From: Amoeboradix gromovi X-113
Lineage: Eukaryota; Fungi; Sanchytriomycota
Assembly: GCA_018985225.1 (NCBI GenBank)
Contig: JADGIF010000079.1
Coordinates: 1 to 22,753, forward strand
Direction of reading: 5' to 3'
Length of the DNA: 22,753 nt
Shown: positions 19,957 to 22,753 of the stretch, in pieces
How positions within the stretch are numbered: position 1 is the first letter of the stretch
How the letters are laid out: each line of letters begins with the position of its first letter
Made by a program: the position numbers and the translations under genes
The notes under the pieces: model-generated
What the model was told of the DNA's origin: nothing
What the model saw: only the letters and a program-made list of their open reading frames with translations
Databases searched by the model: none

Positions 19957-20523
19957 TCATTTATTGTAATTTGACCTCAATTCACTACCATACCATTGTG
20001 GATGTCGTAGAAAGATCACGCAACTCATGAAAGCATAAATGACTATCGATTTCGATTAAACAAATTATCCATTGCGATTAAGTGTGCTATATTGCTCCAA
20101 TACACTCTTTCTGAAGACGTTTATAACTTCGCAAACACTCGCTCTCTTTTTTCATATATTGCAAATAGCTCAAAATCGTCTCATCCTCAATAACTCAAAT
20201 GTAAAGACACAGTTAGCATACGCAGAGTGTTCTTCTTCAGAGAATCTTCTTATATGCGAGAAGATCATCCAGTAAACAAGAAAGCTCTTGACAGGCATCA
20301 AAATTGTTGAAGACAATGGAAGCCTTTATCTGGAAGTAGACAGCGACCATTTGCATCGAGGAAGCAATACTTTAAGTACGCATTAATTACCCAGTCCGTT
20401 TGAGATAATGGAAGTGCGAGTAGTCACTGTAACGGAGCGACTCGTACTGCGTGAATATTCATAAGTTTCTCGTAAATCAAGACTTTTAACGAATAACATC
20501 CGTGAATTAATCTTGATTTATCG
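19957..20523 (+). pseudogene. Fanzor/TnpB-like relic D (Zn finger deleted)
   Basis: Left-end-like TCATTTATTGTAATTTG near 19957. LLTGIKIVEDN runs into LEVDSDHL (20330-20353; compare A, LEVDMDHM), followed by the conserved 3' module. Confidence 0.72.
20380..20523 (+). ncRNA. Candidate omega-RNA (copy D)
   Basis: 20451-20492 matches B 15148-15189 at 33/42 ungapped. GGAAGTGCGAG..CTGTAACGGAGCGAC aligns with C. Stem CATTA/TAATG at 20381-85/20406-10. Confidence 0.68.
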
Positions 20524-20812
20524 GACACCAAATATAAAAACTAGACCAAGTCGTCTTTAAAGTAGGTACTTCATAAGGAGGAAATACTATTACTAATAAA
20601 AGTCCTTCGTCTTTCATTAATATCATTCCTCTCTTTAAAATATAACAAGATGAACCAGTATCCCTTTCAAATATACGAGGTCTTTCAGTGTCTAGGCAAA
20701 AGGTGCAACCAATAAGATTAATTTATTTTAATTTACTATCGGTTAATACACACTTGAAATAATGATTCAAACTGGTTCAGAGAGTTAGTCTAGTTTTTAT
20801 ATTTGATGTCCC
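20522..20812 (-). mobile_element. MITE copy 3, complete, 291 bp, inverted relative to copy 2
   Basis: TIRs (C)GGACACCAAATATAAAAACTAGACCAA and TTAGTCTAGTTTTTATATTTGATGTCCC. The interior is the reverse complement of copy 2 with substitutions and a ~16-nt indel. Confidence 0.95.
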
Positions 20813-20833
20813 AATTGTATTAATTTTTAAAAC

Positions 20834-22693
20834 ATGTCTACAGTTAACATCGCTCTTTTAACCACTGAAATGCCTTGTTTGCCATATCAAAAACTGCTAT
20901 TTCATGAAAACTATCTGTTCGGAGCAAATAGAAATGGCAAAGTTTACAAGTATCATGATCGATTTCAAATTGTAGCTACTCATGAAGACTGGGTCAACGA
21001 CGTGTTAATTAATAATAACAACATATACTCATGTAGCAATGACAATTCTATCTTTTGCAATAACGTACCGATAGGTTATCATTCCGAGAATGTTGTCCGG
21101 TTGCAATTTACAAATTCTTTAATTTCAGCTAGTACCGATGGAAACATAGCTGTATGGAACCAAAAAGTGGACTGGATTAAATCCAATTTAAAACTAACCA
21201 GTATGTATGCTAATGACAACAGTTTATTGATTTCCACAATTGATGGTAAAATTGCTCTGCTTGATTTGTGCACTCATGAATCATCTACGATCATCAATTC
21301 AAAAGACATGATCCAGTCCGTTTTTCAAAACGACAATGTAATCACTGCTGTATCTGGCTCTAATTCCTTTACTTACGATATTAGAAATACACGTACTATG
21401 TTAGCACTGCATTCGTTTGACCACCGCATCACTTCTCATCATACCCACAAAAACAACACATATTATGGATTACATAACGGAGACATCTATACTTGTGCTC
21501 GCCACTTTGTGACGAATGTTAAATCAGCTCCGATTTCAATGTGCTGCAGGGAAAACATAATTTACGCATCTACTCTACATTCACCTGATATACAGTTAAT
21601 AGATCTCAACACGATCACAACCAGCGCATTACAAGGTAATCAGGGCATACTAAATGCACACTTTTCTCATGACAAAACAACAATTTTATATAAAACCATT
21701 TCACAGCGTTACGTTTCCTGGAATCTAATAACAAACACATCCGAAATAAAGCTAAATGAGTCAGAGCTTAATATGGGAAACAATTACTTGGCAAGTTGGG
21801 CCACACTGTTGGTAAAATGTGGTAATTTATATTTGATATTTGATGAGTCAAAAATAAATAACTCGGAGATATTCTTTGAGGATTTGACTCCTGAAGAATT
21901 GCATATGATTCAACGGAAGTCATTGCTAGACAGAATTAATATTGGTGCATTCATGTTTCTATCCTTTTTTAGAAATCAGTTGGATACTAAATCACAAACA
22001 AAACCACCTATAAGAAGTCCTGTAATAGCCAAAATTAAGAATCCGCCCAAGAATTCACCCATATCATCGCCAGTTAGTCCAATCAATAACGTATTCAGGT
22101 TTCCAAGAAGAAACGATCATCAGGACTTAATATTAAGCTTAGATAGTAGAAGCCAGAGTGAACCTTTATTTAACAACTCTGTAAATTGGCCATTTGAGGT
22201 GTCGTTTCTTGTTCTTCAAGATTTTCCAATGCAAGTAGGCCAATTCAAAATAAATCAATTTAACCATTCTGTACACACCACAAGCAGAGATATGTTCCCT
22301 AACTGGGCCAAGTCGTTGTTCATACTACTTCAAATGCCCGCTTGTTTGGTATCTAAGCTGAGTTTCCATTGTTTTCCATTTTCATCAGATCTACCCGAAT
22401 TACATAAGAAACCAAGAATAACAGCACATAGATATATGAAACTGTACAAGGTAATCAAATATATAAAAGAGACCACAAATGTAACATGCGACTTGGAATT
22501 AATTATAAATAATCGAGTAGTACCGGAATCCAGCACAGTCTGCACAGCTTATTTCTTATATTCAAAAGGCTTTGAAGTGGAAGGCTTTAAAAAGGTGGAA
22601 ATGCCGGATGATCTACCAACTCTTACAGAGCAGGACGTGGTTTTTTATTACCGAAAAAGATCTCAAATAAAACAAGTGGGACATGCTCTGTAA
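20834..22693 (+). CDS. WDR48: WDR48/UAF1-like WD40 + DUF3337 deubiquitinase cofactor
   Basis: HEDWVNDV, SCSND, SWATLLVKCGNLYL, RINIG and RITAHRYMKLYKVIKYI match WDR48 blocks. Divergent sequence. Confidence 0.82.
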   Translation: MSTVNIALLTTEMPCLPYQKLLFHENYLFGANRNGKVYKYHDRFQIVATHEDWVNDVLINNNNIYSCSNDNSIFCNNVPIGYHSENVVRLQFTNSLISASTDGNIAVWNQKVDWIKSNLKLTSMYANDNSLLISTIDGKIALLDLCTHESSTIINSKDMIQSVFQNDNVITAVSGSNSFTYDIRNTRTMLALHSFDHRITSHHTHKNNTYYGLHNGDIYTCARHFVTNVKSAPISMCCRENIIYASTLHSPDIQLIDLNTITTSALQGNQGILNAHFSHDKTTILYKTISQRYVSWNLITNTSEIKLNESELNMGNNYLASWATLLVKCGNLYLIFDESKINNSEIFFEDLTPEELHMIQRKSLLDRINIGAFMFLSFFRNQLDTKSQTKPPIRSPVIAKIKNPPKNSPISSPVSPINNVFRFPRRNDHQDLILSLDSRSQSEPLFNNSVNWPFEVSFLVLQDFPMQVGQFKINQFNHSVHTTSRDMFPNWAKSLFILLQMPACLVSKLSFHCFPFSSDLPELHKKPRITAHRYMKLYKVIKYIKETTNVTCDLELIINNRVVPESSTVCTAYFLYSKGFEVEGFKKVEMPDDLPTLTEQDVVFYYRKRSQIKQVGHAL

Positions 22694-22704
22694 AAACTAG
22701 ACTA
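22678..22704 (+). repeat. Solo MITE TIR remnant overlapping the WDR48 stop codon
   Basis: GGGACAT-gctctg-TAAAAACTAGACTA versus TIR GGGACAT-caaata-TAAAAACTAGACTA: 21/27, ungapped. Confidence 0.7.
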
Positions 22705-22753
22705 GACAATTTGTATCGAAATTTCAAAAATAAATATTCTGTACAGCTATTCT

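Noticed and set aside
2947-22545. Antisense or nested ORFs (2947-3171, 4871-5077, 7634-7852, 8687-8881, 10385-10624, 10907-11098, 14084-14461, 16253-16549, 16586-16768, 17259-17684, 19344-19943, 21079-21273, 22330-22545)
   Set aside because: Shadow frames of well-supported genes with no motifs. 19344-19943 mirrors the Lys-rich NOP56 tail.
1-22753. Intact Fanzor, transposase, tRNA or rRNA gene, or a reassigned genetic code
   Set aside because: None seen. Stops in the relics come with frameshifts, and conserved genes end at TAA or TAG, so readthrough does not rescue the relics.

Overview
AT-rich, very compact eukaryotic DNA in the standard genetic code. The chitin synthase, RSM25-like and Osh-type genes point to a fungus, probably an early-diverging, reduced lineage. 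The LRR family reminds me of sanchytrids, but I cannot verify that. There are 11 host genes: AN1 zinc finger, dymeclin, EFM5/EEF1AKMT1, a Cys-rich receptor-like pseudokinase, RSM25, a small single-TM protein, a division-2 chitin synthase, an LRR-TM protein, an ankyrin-PH OSBP, NOP56 and WDR48. Three things stand out. (1) Nearly every intergenic gap over ~300 bp holds a shrunken relic of a Fanzor/TnpB-like element, with C-terminal Zn-finger/RuvC-III remnants (CxxC...CxxC...DRD-like), a shared left-end motif and a structured ~150-nt 3' non-coding module with apparent compensatory changes (candidate omega-RNA). Four clear omega-RNA copies (B, C, D, F) and four weaker relics (E, G, H, I) are visible. 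(2) A ~300-bp MITE with 28-bp TIRs is interleaved with these relics and twice sits in the predicted guide position. (3) Both introns found are exactly 19 nt, with the same TTAAT-NTAG 3' end. All alignments were done by eye and no searches were run.
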